64,000 bases of DNA from positions 31,682,001-31,746,000 of the forward strand of contig OZ365115.1 in assembly GCA_977030845.1 (NCBI GenBank), read 5' to 3'. This stretch comes from Fimbriosthenelais zetlandica. Its lineage: Eukaryota. This document shows, in pieces, positions 41,701-51,127 of the stretch; the first letter of the stretch is position 1; every line of letters starts with the position of its first letter. The translations under genes and the position numbers were made by a program. Below the pieces are notes generated by a model. The model did no database searches. It was not told where the DNA came from and was given only the letters and a program-made list of their open reading frames with translations.

Positions 41701-42306
41701 CCTTGTGGAAGAAGTCTTCCACAGATGCATTTCACCACTAATAAAGTAAATAATCCGATTGGTACACTTTCCTTTTCACTGTTCAATAACACGACAGTCA
41801 ATGTCACCTTCCAAGAATTAAGTGAGTCTGGACGTTGTTCCATATGAAAATGCTGAGTCATGGGTTCTAGATCTTACAGTTGGATGAGTATGATGGCTGT
41901 CAGCGTAAGTGCTAGCAGAAGGAAGCTAATGACATAATGGGCTCAGATGGCTAAGAAGTACATGGGAGAACCAACTCTCATTTAATAAAGTGCTCGATAT
42001 CAGATCTAATGTTCTAGTGATTGAACTTTTCCTGAATAATACTTTACGATATTCATAAGGACTTTGTTTTTGCATAAACCATACCAGTCATTGATTCTAG
42101 AAATTGTTTCGCTTAATCGTAATAAAACGTGGGAATATAAATGCTTCAATTGAGTCCTACATTCTTTTATAATATACAGCATTGTCAGTACTGTACTGCT
42201 GCTCAGAAGGGCAATTGATGAGTCAGCAGAAATAAATGGCCGTTTATATATACATGAACGCACATCTATTCTGATACTTTTCATTCCGTCCATCCAGACA
42301 GCTTAC

Positions 42307-42416
42307 CAAAAAACAATACACTATATAAGAAGAATTATCCCAATCTGTACAGTTACTACTTTCCCTTTCTGTCGCCTTCAATCTGATTCGGTAATATTCT
42401 GTGAGCATATCTAGAT
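42307..42416 (-). CDS. Orphan candidate exon, weakly FN3-like
   Basis: Acceptor tattgttttttcag|AT, donor TTG|gtaagc; only one frame open: LDMLTEYYRIRLKATERESSNCTDWDNSSYIVYCFL. Confidence 0.2.
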
Positions 42417-43767
42417 CTGAAAAAACAATAACTTTTTTAACCTTCCAGCTTAAATAAATAAATTTAAGCTGGAAAGTTTTATTTCTCAAATGTATTGCAT
42501 ACAACTACAGGCTATAATCTATTAAATTACTTCAACGTGAGAATATTCTAAGAACCATGTCATACTGTCTAATAAAGTGGTGGTTTTATATGTTGGTTCT
42601 CTGCCATTAATTTTCATCTTATATTTGTTTTGCTTTTGGCTTTCTACCATAGAAGAGATAGAAGCTACAGGAGGGATGCATTTCCTCATGAAAATTTGAG
42701 TGAGCCTGGGACAGAGGTTGGCCGCCAACTTGCTCCACTCGCCCAACCTTCACACGCCAACAGGGGACCAGTATGGTGTCAAAACATGGCCGCCAAGATT
42801 TCTCCTGGGGCCAGGCCTCACACGAACTGAAGACAGTGGGTTTGTGTGTCTTTGAGTTTGAAGGGCGAAGGATGGGAGGAATATAGAGGGTGGATAGATA
42901 AAGGATGAGAGACACACGAGAAGGAATCGAAGTGGGAAATGTGTCTGTCGGTCACGAGAACAGGGAAAGAACCAGAATAAAGGTCTTAGCTGATATGATA
43001 TATAGATTATCTGGCGCATAGGCTTTATATTATAATAGAATAGAATGAAGTCGAATTATTGCCTGATCATTTCAACTCCATTTCCTTCTCCACGGGCTAT
43101 GCAATGAAACTTGTATGAAACTTGGAGCCTCATTTTGCACAATAGAAGTGAGATGCTTTGGAAATAGTCTGATTGAGTGCCGAGACCGTTTGTATATTGT
43201 ATGAATAATATATTGCTGTACAAGAGGACCATTGCCATAAATATGAGGTGTCCTGCTTCATACAGAAACAGAATATATGCTCCTTCCTTTCTCCATTGCT
43301 TTATGAACATAATGGACTCTTAGGAATTGAAACACAACTGTCATAGTTGCTCCACAATTCTTTTATCATTACATATTCACAGTGGATATATTTGATATTT
43401 ATTTGATAGAACACTTCTTTTATATCATAATGATGGCTGAATATTTCATCGTGCATCGCGTTTCAATGGTCTGACAGTCTGCCAATCTGAAAAGATTCTC
43501 TTTCGCCCACCCATTCTCTTATTCTGTTCTGTTTATAGACCTTTACATCTGGATCCACCACTGCACCGTGTAGCTGAATACAGCATCTCTTCAATGCCTT
43601 CCATCCCTGGTCCCCTTTATTGAAACTACTGCCGATCGCGAGAGAAAATTGAAAAGTCGTCTGCTTCACAGAATGATTAGATTTTGGCGAGCTTTTCTTT
43701 ATCCATAGTCAGTGTGCTTAAGGGCATCGTCTCCATTAAATCCCTGCCATGAATGGCCCACAGAAAC

Positions 43768-43826
43768 AAACATGGCGCCAAGCAGACGTGCGCGCGCATA
43801 TAGGACGTAAGATCACACCGGAAGTG
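43768..43826 (+). promoter_or_regulatory. Housekeeping-promoter-like cluster (YY1, NRF1-like, ETS)
   Basis: AAACATGGCG (43768), TGCGCGCGCA (43789), CCGGAAGTG (43818, overlapping a GTGAGT donor-like hexamer). Confidence 0.35.
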
Positions 43827-45316
43827 AGTGTGTACTGAGACAATGGCTTCATTTCCGGCAAAGCACCGCGGTGTCTGATACGGCGTAGGAATACACAAGA
43901 CCTCCTCCTCTGCTCCTTGGTGAGGTGAGGGTTTAATTTCAGCGGCGAGATATGAAGTGACACTTCACTGAATACATGACACACATGTCCCAGGGAAATT
44001 TCATTTATGCAAATCATGAAATGCAATAATCTCCCTGTCGTCTGGTGCTTCTCTAAAAATGTATTGAAATGATTAATCAAATTTCCAAGCCTCTTGACGG
44101 CTCCGTCTGTTCTGATTAATTTGAGATCTGACTGTAGCTGCTTGGGGCAAGGAAGAAAAACAGTTTTGTTGTCAGAGGAAGCAACAAAAACACAAAATAA
44201 AGCGCCAGCGTGCCATGTGTGCTGATCATGGAAGCCAGTAAAAGTGGTTATTAATTTCTCTGATAAGTGTGCTGGGTATTTCAGCGGATATTGTAGAGAA
44301 ACCTTTAATATTTCTCTCAGAGTCAGGGCCAGTAAGCTACAGGAAATGGAAAAAAAATAGATCCACAGAGAGATAATTGATAATTAGACTACAGAAGGTT
44401 AGCTAAGGAGACGTCTTGACATGGTTCTAGAACAAATACTTGTCCTGTTTAAGGATAATTTAGGTGATGTGCATTAAATTTATAACTCATATGCCGACAT
44501 CTCTGACGAAGATCGAGCCTATCTTTATGTAAGAATTGCTCGCTTCGCCAATAATTAAACTCTTTTAACTCCACTTTTGTATCCCATGCAGCCTGAATTA
44601 TTCTATAATATATAGGGGCATAGGCATGAGGCAACTTCGTATTTCCATGCAATTGCCATGGGCTTGTAAGATTTCGTGTACATCTCTCTGCACTCCCCTC
44701 ACTGTCCCTGTTCCCCAACCGATATCTTCACTTCCAGAGTTCTTATGAGTGTCTAAGCACTTTTCTGTAGCAGGGACCAGTTCAATAAAAGGATCTGCTC
44801 ACATCTGCTCAACAGAGCTTCGAGCAGCTTTGACCTGCACTGGTGCTGCCGACTACTGGGAGCAGGGGGCTCAGTTTTGACAACGGTGCCCTGGTGATTT
44901 TCAGTACTACTAACGTTTTACAACTTTCACCGAGCTGCAGATTGCTGCATAATGCCACCAGCTGACAGTAGTGAGAACCACACAAAATGTCTTATATCAC
45001 TCGATCAGAAAGTGTTTCTGTATGTAAAATGTTACGGTACATCTCAAATAAATCAACAAGCAGAATGTCTGCAGATTCTCACACAAGAGGTCTCCCCATC
45101 TCGTTTCCCTTCTTCAGTTCGTACTGAACAGAGTGTCCCATACTTAGAGCAGGTCTGAATGGCAGATGGTTAGGTGCTCTTACCAGCATGGCCATCTAGT
45201 GCTTTGTAACAGAACCAAAAGAAGACCCTGATGCCTATAAATATACCTGATCTATTTGATCCATGTGTAATTCCAAGTGGTAGGAAACACAAAGCAGGAA
45301 CAAAATTTCAGTAAAC

Positions 45317-45322
45317 TTTATT
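45317..45322 (-). terminator. Possible polyadenylation signal (AATAAA) about 950 nt after the stop codon
   Basis: First clear AATAAA I saw on the minus strand downstream of TAA 46277. AATAAA is common in AT-rich DNA. Confidence 0.2.
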
Positions 45323-46276
45323 TCTTGCTTAATCAAATCAACAATCATGTTTCCAACATTGTACACAGAAATATACTGAACAGAAGCAATTTGAAATGAA
45401 AAGGATTTTTCCTGGGTTACTTGGAACTTAAATGGCAATATATCTTCGTTCCCATGACATCTTGCTATAGGCCTATTATATACACAGAGCCCACCTGATG
45501 CTTTATCCTGTCGTTACCCGACATCTCTAACATGGTCAAGAGACGTGTCAAATCCAACGACACTGAATCAAGACGTTTAGAAGACGTGGAGATGACGTTT
45601 TGTGCTAGCGGGGCAACTAATTTCCTTTGATGGTTTGGGTATCAGTTGTTAATAGTTTCCCTTGAATGGTGTGCCCCTATTTCTGGTATTTACATATCCT
45701 TGATTTTTGCATGAAAATATGTCACGACCATAGAGGTAACGTAACTCCACCCAGTCGCCACATTTCCTCAAGTGCTCACGGCTTCCGCAGACCCCTCAAA
45801 TCTCTTGCTCTTGACCGCACATGCCGTCCATTGCAGACCCAATCTGCTTTGTGTATTCATTTTGAACATCTATTTTGATTGACGGGAGAATTCCTGGATG
45901 TTTGTGTCTTTACGAATGTTTCTAAAATGCGCGTAATAATGTTTAAATGCAAATTAGGGATTTCAGATATAGACCGATATGTATTATAAGCTACGGCGAT
46001 TCGCTTAGTGAACAAAACTAAAACCGACGCCCATTGAACGAAAAAGAAAAGCAGGTCTAAATTAATTGACACAGGTCAGTCGACGTCGATGTTGCATAAA
46101 TTTCGTGCAATAGCCTAATGGCCCATAATTACCACACAATCTTGAGGCAAATTTCCTCAGGCGAAGATCTCGTACCAGCTTTCTTCATTGTGCTATGCAA
46201 GAACTTGACCTTGGCTCATATATCTTGTATGAGTCCTCGTAGATCTTGTAAAATGGTTCGGTTTGTGTCTTGAGGG

Positions 46277-46559
46277 TTACATATTTGTTTTTTCATTGGT
46301 AAAACTGAAAATCTGTCTATCAAATAAGTAAACTATAATATATATCGACAAAGGAAGGTATACTGTAATATTGTAAATTAAAGGAAAACCTCGACTTCTA
46401 ATGGCATTTGGACAGGAGTCTATTGAACTCTTCTCACATGGAGGTAAGAAATCAAATGAATACTGCATCCGGATAAGGGGTTCAATGGTGGCGCTGCCAT
46501 TTGCGGTGCACTCTCGACCCATGAAGGCAGAAAAACACTCTATTAACTTCTCCCGTTTT
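46277..46559 (-). CDS. Terminal coding exon (module 4 second half plus hydrophobic C-terminus), phase 2 to stop
   Basis: Acceptor cctttccactttccacag|A; KREKLIEC...LPPCEKSSIDSC...FPLIYNITVYLPLSIYIIVYLF...M*, with TAA at 46279-46277. An earlier weak donor and a further exon cannot be excluded. Confidence 0.8.
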
Positions 46560-49500
46560 CTGTGGAAAGTGGAAAGGTAGAATAAATTTATTTTTATTAT
46601 CCTATAGATATATCAGACTAAGTTCCCTATCTTCCCCAGGAAAATAAATCTAGGGTACCATTGGCATATTGAAACTGCATTTTGAATATGACAAACCGAG
46701 GAAAAATACTCACTGCATATTTTCCCTGCTGACAGAGCGAGTGGGAGAACATTTAACCTGATAGGCCTCGTACTTGGTGGGGTATTTATCAAACACCTTC
46801 CGACACAAGTTAAAACTGTTAGAATGTCGCATCATCTTCTTATAACATGGTAAGAAATGCTTATAGTCTGTGGGAGAGAGAGAAAAAACCTTATTCAAGA
46901 TGCTGTTTCGGTGTGACTGATAAAGACAATAACAGTTTATCTAAGAAAACTCAAGTGTGTTTTTCTAGTTGAGTGAAGGCAGAGCCCCTTGAGGGATTTT
47001 TTCCCAGCGGAATCATGAAATTTTCCATTACAATTTTCTTCTTGCGACATGCGTTACAAGTAGTGGAACAACACAATCGTCACAACATTCACAAAGGTTT
47101 CAGTTACAGGCTGAATGCTTTGAGATATAGACTATAGTCTATATCTCAAAGCATTCAGCAACTTCCTCAGGCATTGGGTCTCATACCTAACCGTACAATC
47201 GCTAGGAGGCCATCATAGAACCACAAGTTAAGTGATGCCAGAAAATTACAATTTTGCAAGATCCCAAGGCAAAAGAGAAGAGTACGAACCTGTGAGAGCG
47301 GGACCACACAGATAGTGGGCCACCATGACGATCCGGTGCCACTCGTTCTCAGTGGTATACACTTCCTGTACACCACCTGGACATGCTTCACTTATTGGTG
47401 CCAGGCACCGCTCATACTGCCGGTACGCTCTGTCAAAGAATAATCGAGTCAGATCATGTTTAAATTCAGATTTACAATAATATAAAACCAGTGTACGTGT
47501 ATGGTTTCGTTCATTGAATAAATTACATTTAGAGTTCGATGAAACTTTTGACTGATCCTTAAGGTATAGAAATCAAAACAAACGAGTTGAGCGATAAGCA
47601 CTCATCATCAATTGCGAAAATTAATGAAATTTCATAATATAAAACATATCAAATTCGTCTAAAAATGGATATTAAGAATATGAGAAGAACCTAGTATCGT
47701 ACCTGCACCAGTTGTCTAGCTCAGCTTCGGTTCCCCGGATGATGGCCAACATGCTGTGATACAGCGCCACCTTTGTTACCTGAAAATTATCATAGCACTC
47801 ACGCATGCGCACAGGAAAATCTGGCGAACAGTGCATGGTGTAGGAAAAACCTGCAAAAAGAAAATTATTGATTATATCATAAGGATCTGGACATGATGAA
47901 AATCTTAAAATCTTAAAAATTCAAGATCCATTTATACTGCCCCTTCAACTTACCATTGTATTTAGTCAGTGGAGTGTAAGAACACTTGTCGTTGACACCA
48001 AGTTCTGTAAACTTGGATTTGATGGAAATTGCAAGAGAGAAGTCTGCCAAGTCACTGCCACATGCAGACCGTAATAACCTATCTTCACACTCTATGTACT
48101 CCCTGGCTACCCTAAAAATACATACAGCAATAAAAGGTCATAAATTTAGTCAGCCATTTTGAAAAGTGATGAAACCCATTCAGACTCTCCTTTACTCTTC
48201 TCAATGTATTTTCAGTAAAGCCGTAGGCTTTAATAGTTTGCCTCAACCTCTCACTTTTACCCTTCCCATCCACTGAACCACAGAAGGGAAAGATCTCCAG
48301 CAATGGCTTATTCAATATAGATCAATACCCCTTTTATCGCCCACATCTGACCAAAAACCAACATGGCCACCATCAGCCTGGCCCTGCACCCTGGGAATAA
48401 ATTGGACTTCCTGTCCCTGTCATTGGAGACAAAAGCCCCTCTGATAAACCCTCCCGAATTATGATTTTTACAACTGGCTGCCCTTCTTAAAGGCCATCTT
48501 AAGCGAGGAGGCGTGGAAAAGACCGCAGTGCCTCCTTGAAAGCCGAGCTAAAACTAACAGTTTCAGGTCTGCAATTATTGACTGGTGGGAATCCTTGTGG
48601 GACAGGCTCACTATGGTGTTGTATTATTCTGGGGTTTTTGTCAACTCTTTTACCACAGTTTGATGTAAATTGTAAATAATACGTAAATCTTGTTCTATTT
48701 TATACATCCTACGAATATACTTCACAACAACAACTGCTTTTCGCTTGAAAATAATGATATACATATGCCTATTCTAAACCTCTCCTAGCAGTTCTTAAAG
48801 GAAGTTACCACCAAACCACTTCTTTTTTCACATCGACCCAAGCCATAATTTTCATCATGGTAGGCACAAAACCGAAACTTTTCTTTCAAGGCATGCATGT
48901 CAGAAATTACCTCCCATCCACCTGCCCACCCCACTTTTCCAATCTAGCCATCACTAAATCTGATTTGGTGAGACAAGTAGTGGTGATGGGGGAGCAGAGC
49001 GATTTCTGACAGTTCTGGCTATTAAGGAACACTGGCCATTACGACACCTGGCGGCTAATCTCCCCCTTAAAGTGGATGTGAGGCATGCCGGGAAAGAGCA
49101 AAAGGCATTTCCGGTTGGCGGGGAGAAGAGGCTTATGGGTCGCCAGGGAAACAATGTGTCCAGAGACCGCATATGCCTGGGCCGAGGGGCAAAAATAGGT
49201 AAAACGTGACGGGAAACTGGGAGCATATATAGGGTGGGTCAAACTATGAAGAGGAGGAAATTATGCTCCTGCAAGAAAAGCGGTGAATGGAGTGAGGTCA
49301 AGAGGCAATTAAAGCAGCAAGATTGTATACATTGGTCCAATTATTCATATCTGCTCTGTTCAGTAAATTGAACAAGGAAATATTTCGGTGCAATGCTAGG
49401 GGGAAGATACTACATTTGTGAGGGAACATAAAATCCCCTGAGTCAGAGACTTTTCTTTTATCTATATCCTCAGTGTGGGGAGGTGATGGCTGGGTTTCTA

Positions 49501-51127
49501 TAGCTTGAAGGATGTCTTTTAGCTCCATGACTAATATTCAGCCTCTACCTTGTCTTCCTACTGTATACACCTCTCCCCAATTACTACCTTTCCTTCCATT
49601 TTTCAAACTGCCCACCCTTCTCCCAGTCCGCCATATTGTGAGTCCCTCATTGATATTAAAAGAGTCACTCAGCAGCTGAAGGGAGTAATTATACGCTGGA
49701 CAATCATATTATGCTAATTCCATAGAGGCCTGATTTCTCAGGGAGGGTGAGTGGCTGCAGTAGCAGCTGTCAGGGTGAGTTAGCCATGAGCTGGCTTGGA
49801 ACTTACACCGGTACAAGTTCAGAATGCAAACTAGATTTCTTGCCACACTTTCATATTTCTTTAACAATTACCAGTGAAGGCTATTCATGGAACTTTTCAA
49901 AATGTATTCACTACGGCACCTTGGACCAATCAATTGTATCAACCCAAAAGTAACTGATCCTGACAGTTGAATATTTTAAAGAACATTAAATGCCAATGTA
50001 TGGGTGATTGTTAGGCAATGGTGAAAGCCTGACTAATTTGCGTGTTTACTTGTAGAGACTCTGTTGGATAAAGAGTTAAGCCTTTTATGGTGGACCATAC
50101 CCAGAGGAATCTCTGTAAATGGCACCTCGTACAGCTGAGGTGTTGGGATGGTTCGCTTTATATCACATCTTATGGTACCTTGGAGACATATGCACCAGTT
50201 TGACCTACATGGAGGATATTCATGCTCTGGTGATATATGTCTACATTAATAGGAACATGAATTTCAATTTGCAATATGCCACCAGTCTCCATCCGGAAAC
50301 ATCCTGAAAAACGCTAAAAGAAAACAGGTACACTATATAAATTCTTTATGACACCAGTCAATTCACATAAAAGAATATGTAGGGATAAACGTGATTTCTA
50401 TTACTATAGGACTTACATGCACATGTCGAAAACTCCTGACTCTGTCTGCAGCTCCATGAGACTGTAACATCCTCGAAACAGGGGGTTAGCCTCCCCAGAC
50501 TGAGACACGAGGCAAGGAAGGTTATGTAGGGTATCTGTAACACGAGGCAATTAAGGCAAATTATGTAGGGTATACATAAAGATAAAAAAATAAATTATAA
50601 AACACATTTTAGAGATAAACATTAGTTTTGGGGATGGATGTGGGTAAGGTTACTTACTCTGCTTTCTGTCATTACAAGTTTTTGCCACAAGTCTCTGAGC
50701 CAGTTTAAGACTATTAGCCGAGTCTTGTATTCTGATGTTACAGGTTTCATACAGTGCCTTGATGCAAACTATCCACTTCTGATAGGCACTGAAACAAAAA
50801 TTAACAATGAGAACAATTGAACAACATATCAAGTGCAAAGGCATATAACATCTGGGGGTTTGCAAGTCATCATTAAGTCAGCCCTATATTCCCTTACTTC
50901 AAGTGACCACACGTATAGGATCAAGGGGGTGTCTTACGAATACTACATGTGTAAGATGGTGTTGCCATACCTGCATATGGTTTCTAGTTTTTCCTCTGTG
51001 GGACTGTTGAGTAAGGTGGAGTAAAAGGCGCCATCATGAAGCTTGGCAACTTCTGCATAGCAGATCTTTTGTTCATCCCGCCAAGTGGAGGTGTTAGTAC
51101 ATGGCGTCCTCACCACAATGTCATCTC
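46277..51127 (-). CDS. Spliced 8-exon gene (5' end incomplete) encoding a Cys-rich (4 x 6-Cys module) membrane-anchored protein, DUF19/CPG4-like
   Basis: Exons 51127-50971, 50788-50658, 50534-50417, 48111-47954, 47850-47703, 47429-47290, 46867-46714 and 46559-46277 total 1289 nt; with 1 nt from an upstream exon this is 430 codons including TAA. All introns are GT..AG (182, 123, 2305, 103, 273, 422, 154 nt). Translation: (x)DDIVVRTPCTNTSTWRDEQKICYAEVAKLHDGAFYSTLLNSPTEEKLETICSAYQKWIVCIKALYETCNIRIQDSANSLKLAQRLVAKTCNDRKQNTLHNLPCLVSQSGEANPLFRGCYSLMELQTESGVFDMCMVAREYIECEDRLLRSACGSDLADFSLAISIKSKFTELGVNDKCSYTPLTKYNGFSYTMHCSPDFPVRMRECYDNFQVTKVALYHSMLAIIRGTEAELDNWCRAYRQYERCLAPISEACPGGVQEVYTTENEWHRIVMVAHYLCGPALTDYKHFLPCYKKMMRHSNSFNLCRKVFDKYPTKYEAYQVKCSPTRSVSRENMQKREKLIECFSAFMGRECTANGSATIEPLIRMQYSFDFLPPCEKSSIDSCPNAIRSRGFPLIYNITVYLPLSIYIIVYLFDRQIFSFTNEKTNM*. 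The family name is inferred from the Cys pattern only. Confidence 0.9.
46714..46867 (-). CDS. Internal coding exon (module 4, first half), phase 1 to 2
   Basis: Acceptor ttttttctctctctcccacag|AC, donor ATGCA|gtgagt; 154 nt; YKHFLPC...VKCSPTRSVSRENM, 3 Cys. Confidence 0.85.
47110..47159. repeat. Perfect 50-bp palindrome (25-bp arms, no spacer) in an intron
   Basis: GCTGAATGCTTTGAGATATAGACTA|TAGTCTATATCTCAAAGCATTCAGC equals its own reverse complement (checked base by base). Confidence 0.97.
47290..47429 (-). CDS. Internal coding exon (module 3, second half), phase 2 to 1
   Basis: Acceptor ttattctttgacag|A, donor ACAG|gttcgt (weaker); 140 nt; AYRQYERC...HYLCGPALT, 3 Cys. Confidence 0.88.
47703..47850 (-). 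CDS. Internal coding exon (module 3, first half), phase 1 to 2
   Basis: Acceptor aattttctttttgcag|GT, donor TGCAG|gtacga; 148 nt; FSYTMHC...ELDNWC, 3 Cys; aligns with exon 50971-51127 (CY..., A-F/L-Y-x-S/T, TE..L...C). Confidence 0.92.
47954..48111 (-). CDS. Internal coding exon (module 2, second half), phase 2 to 1
   Basis: Acceptor gtatgtatttttag|G, donor AATG|gtaagt; 158 nt; VAREYIECEDRLLRSACG...DKCSYTPLTKYN, 3 Cys. Confidence 0.92.
50417..50534 (-). CDS. Internal coding exon (module 2, first half), phase 1 to 2
   Basis: Acceptor ttgcctcgtgttacag|AT, donor TGCAT|gtaagt; 118 nt; TLHNLPC...GVFDMC, 3 Cys. Confidence 0.85.
50500..50573. repeat. Imperfect 35/39-bp tandem duplication spanning a splice acceptor
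   Basis: ctgagacacgaggcaaggaagg----ttatgtagggtat (50500-50534) vs ctgtaacacgaggcaattaaggcaaattatgtagggtat (50535-50573). Confidence 0.88.
50658..50788 (-). CDS. Internal coding exon (module 1, second half), phase 2 to 1
   Basis: Acceptor aatttttgtttcag|T, donor CAGA|gtaagt; 131 nt; AYQKWIVC...KTCNDRKQ, 3 Cys; lies inside track ORF 50650..50865. Confidence 0.92.
50971..51127 (-). CDS. Internal coding exon (module 1, first half), phase 1 to 2
   Basis: Acceptor cacttttatacatcgattag|GA, donor TGCAG|gtatgg; 157 nt; DDIVVRTPC...EKLETIC, 3 Cys. Confidence 0.9.

Noticed and set aside
42006-42293. ORF segment RLSETISRINDWYGLCKNKVLMN resembling the post-YADD region of LINE reverse transcriptases
   Set aside because: No YADD motif or other RT motifs nearby; the similarity is too weak to call without an HMM search.
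46714-46830. Alternative open frame CDILTVLTCVGRC...SAGKIC in the module-4 exon
   Set aside because: Preceded by an in-frame TGA and incompatible with the phase of the flanking exons.
47801-47810. NRF1-like GCGCATGCGT motif and an internal GTGAGT...TTTTCAG mini-intron in exon 47703-47850
   Set aside because: Lies within coding sequence (V-R-M-R); the putative intron would be only 23 nt and would remove conserved C2.
50264-50303. Cryptic acceptor 113 nt into the large intron, giving a truncated product ending MMFPDGDWWHIAN*
   Set aside because: Breaks the C3-x8-C4 pattern and leaves an odd half-module; no evidence of use.
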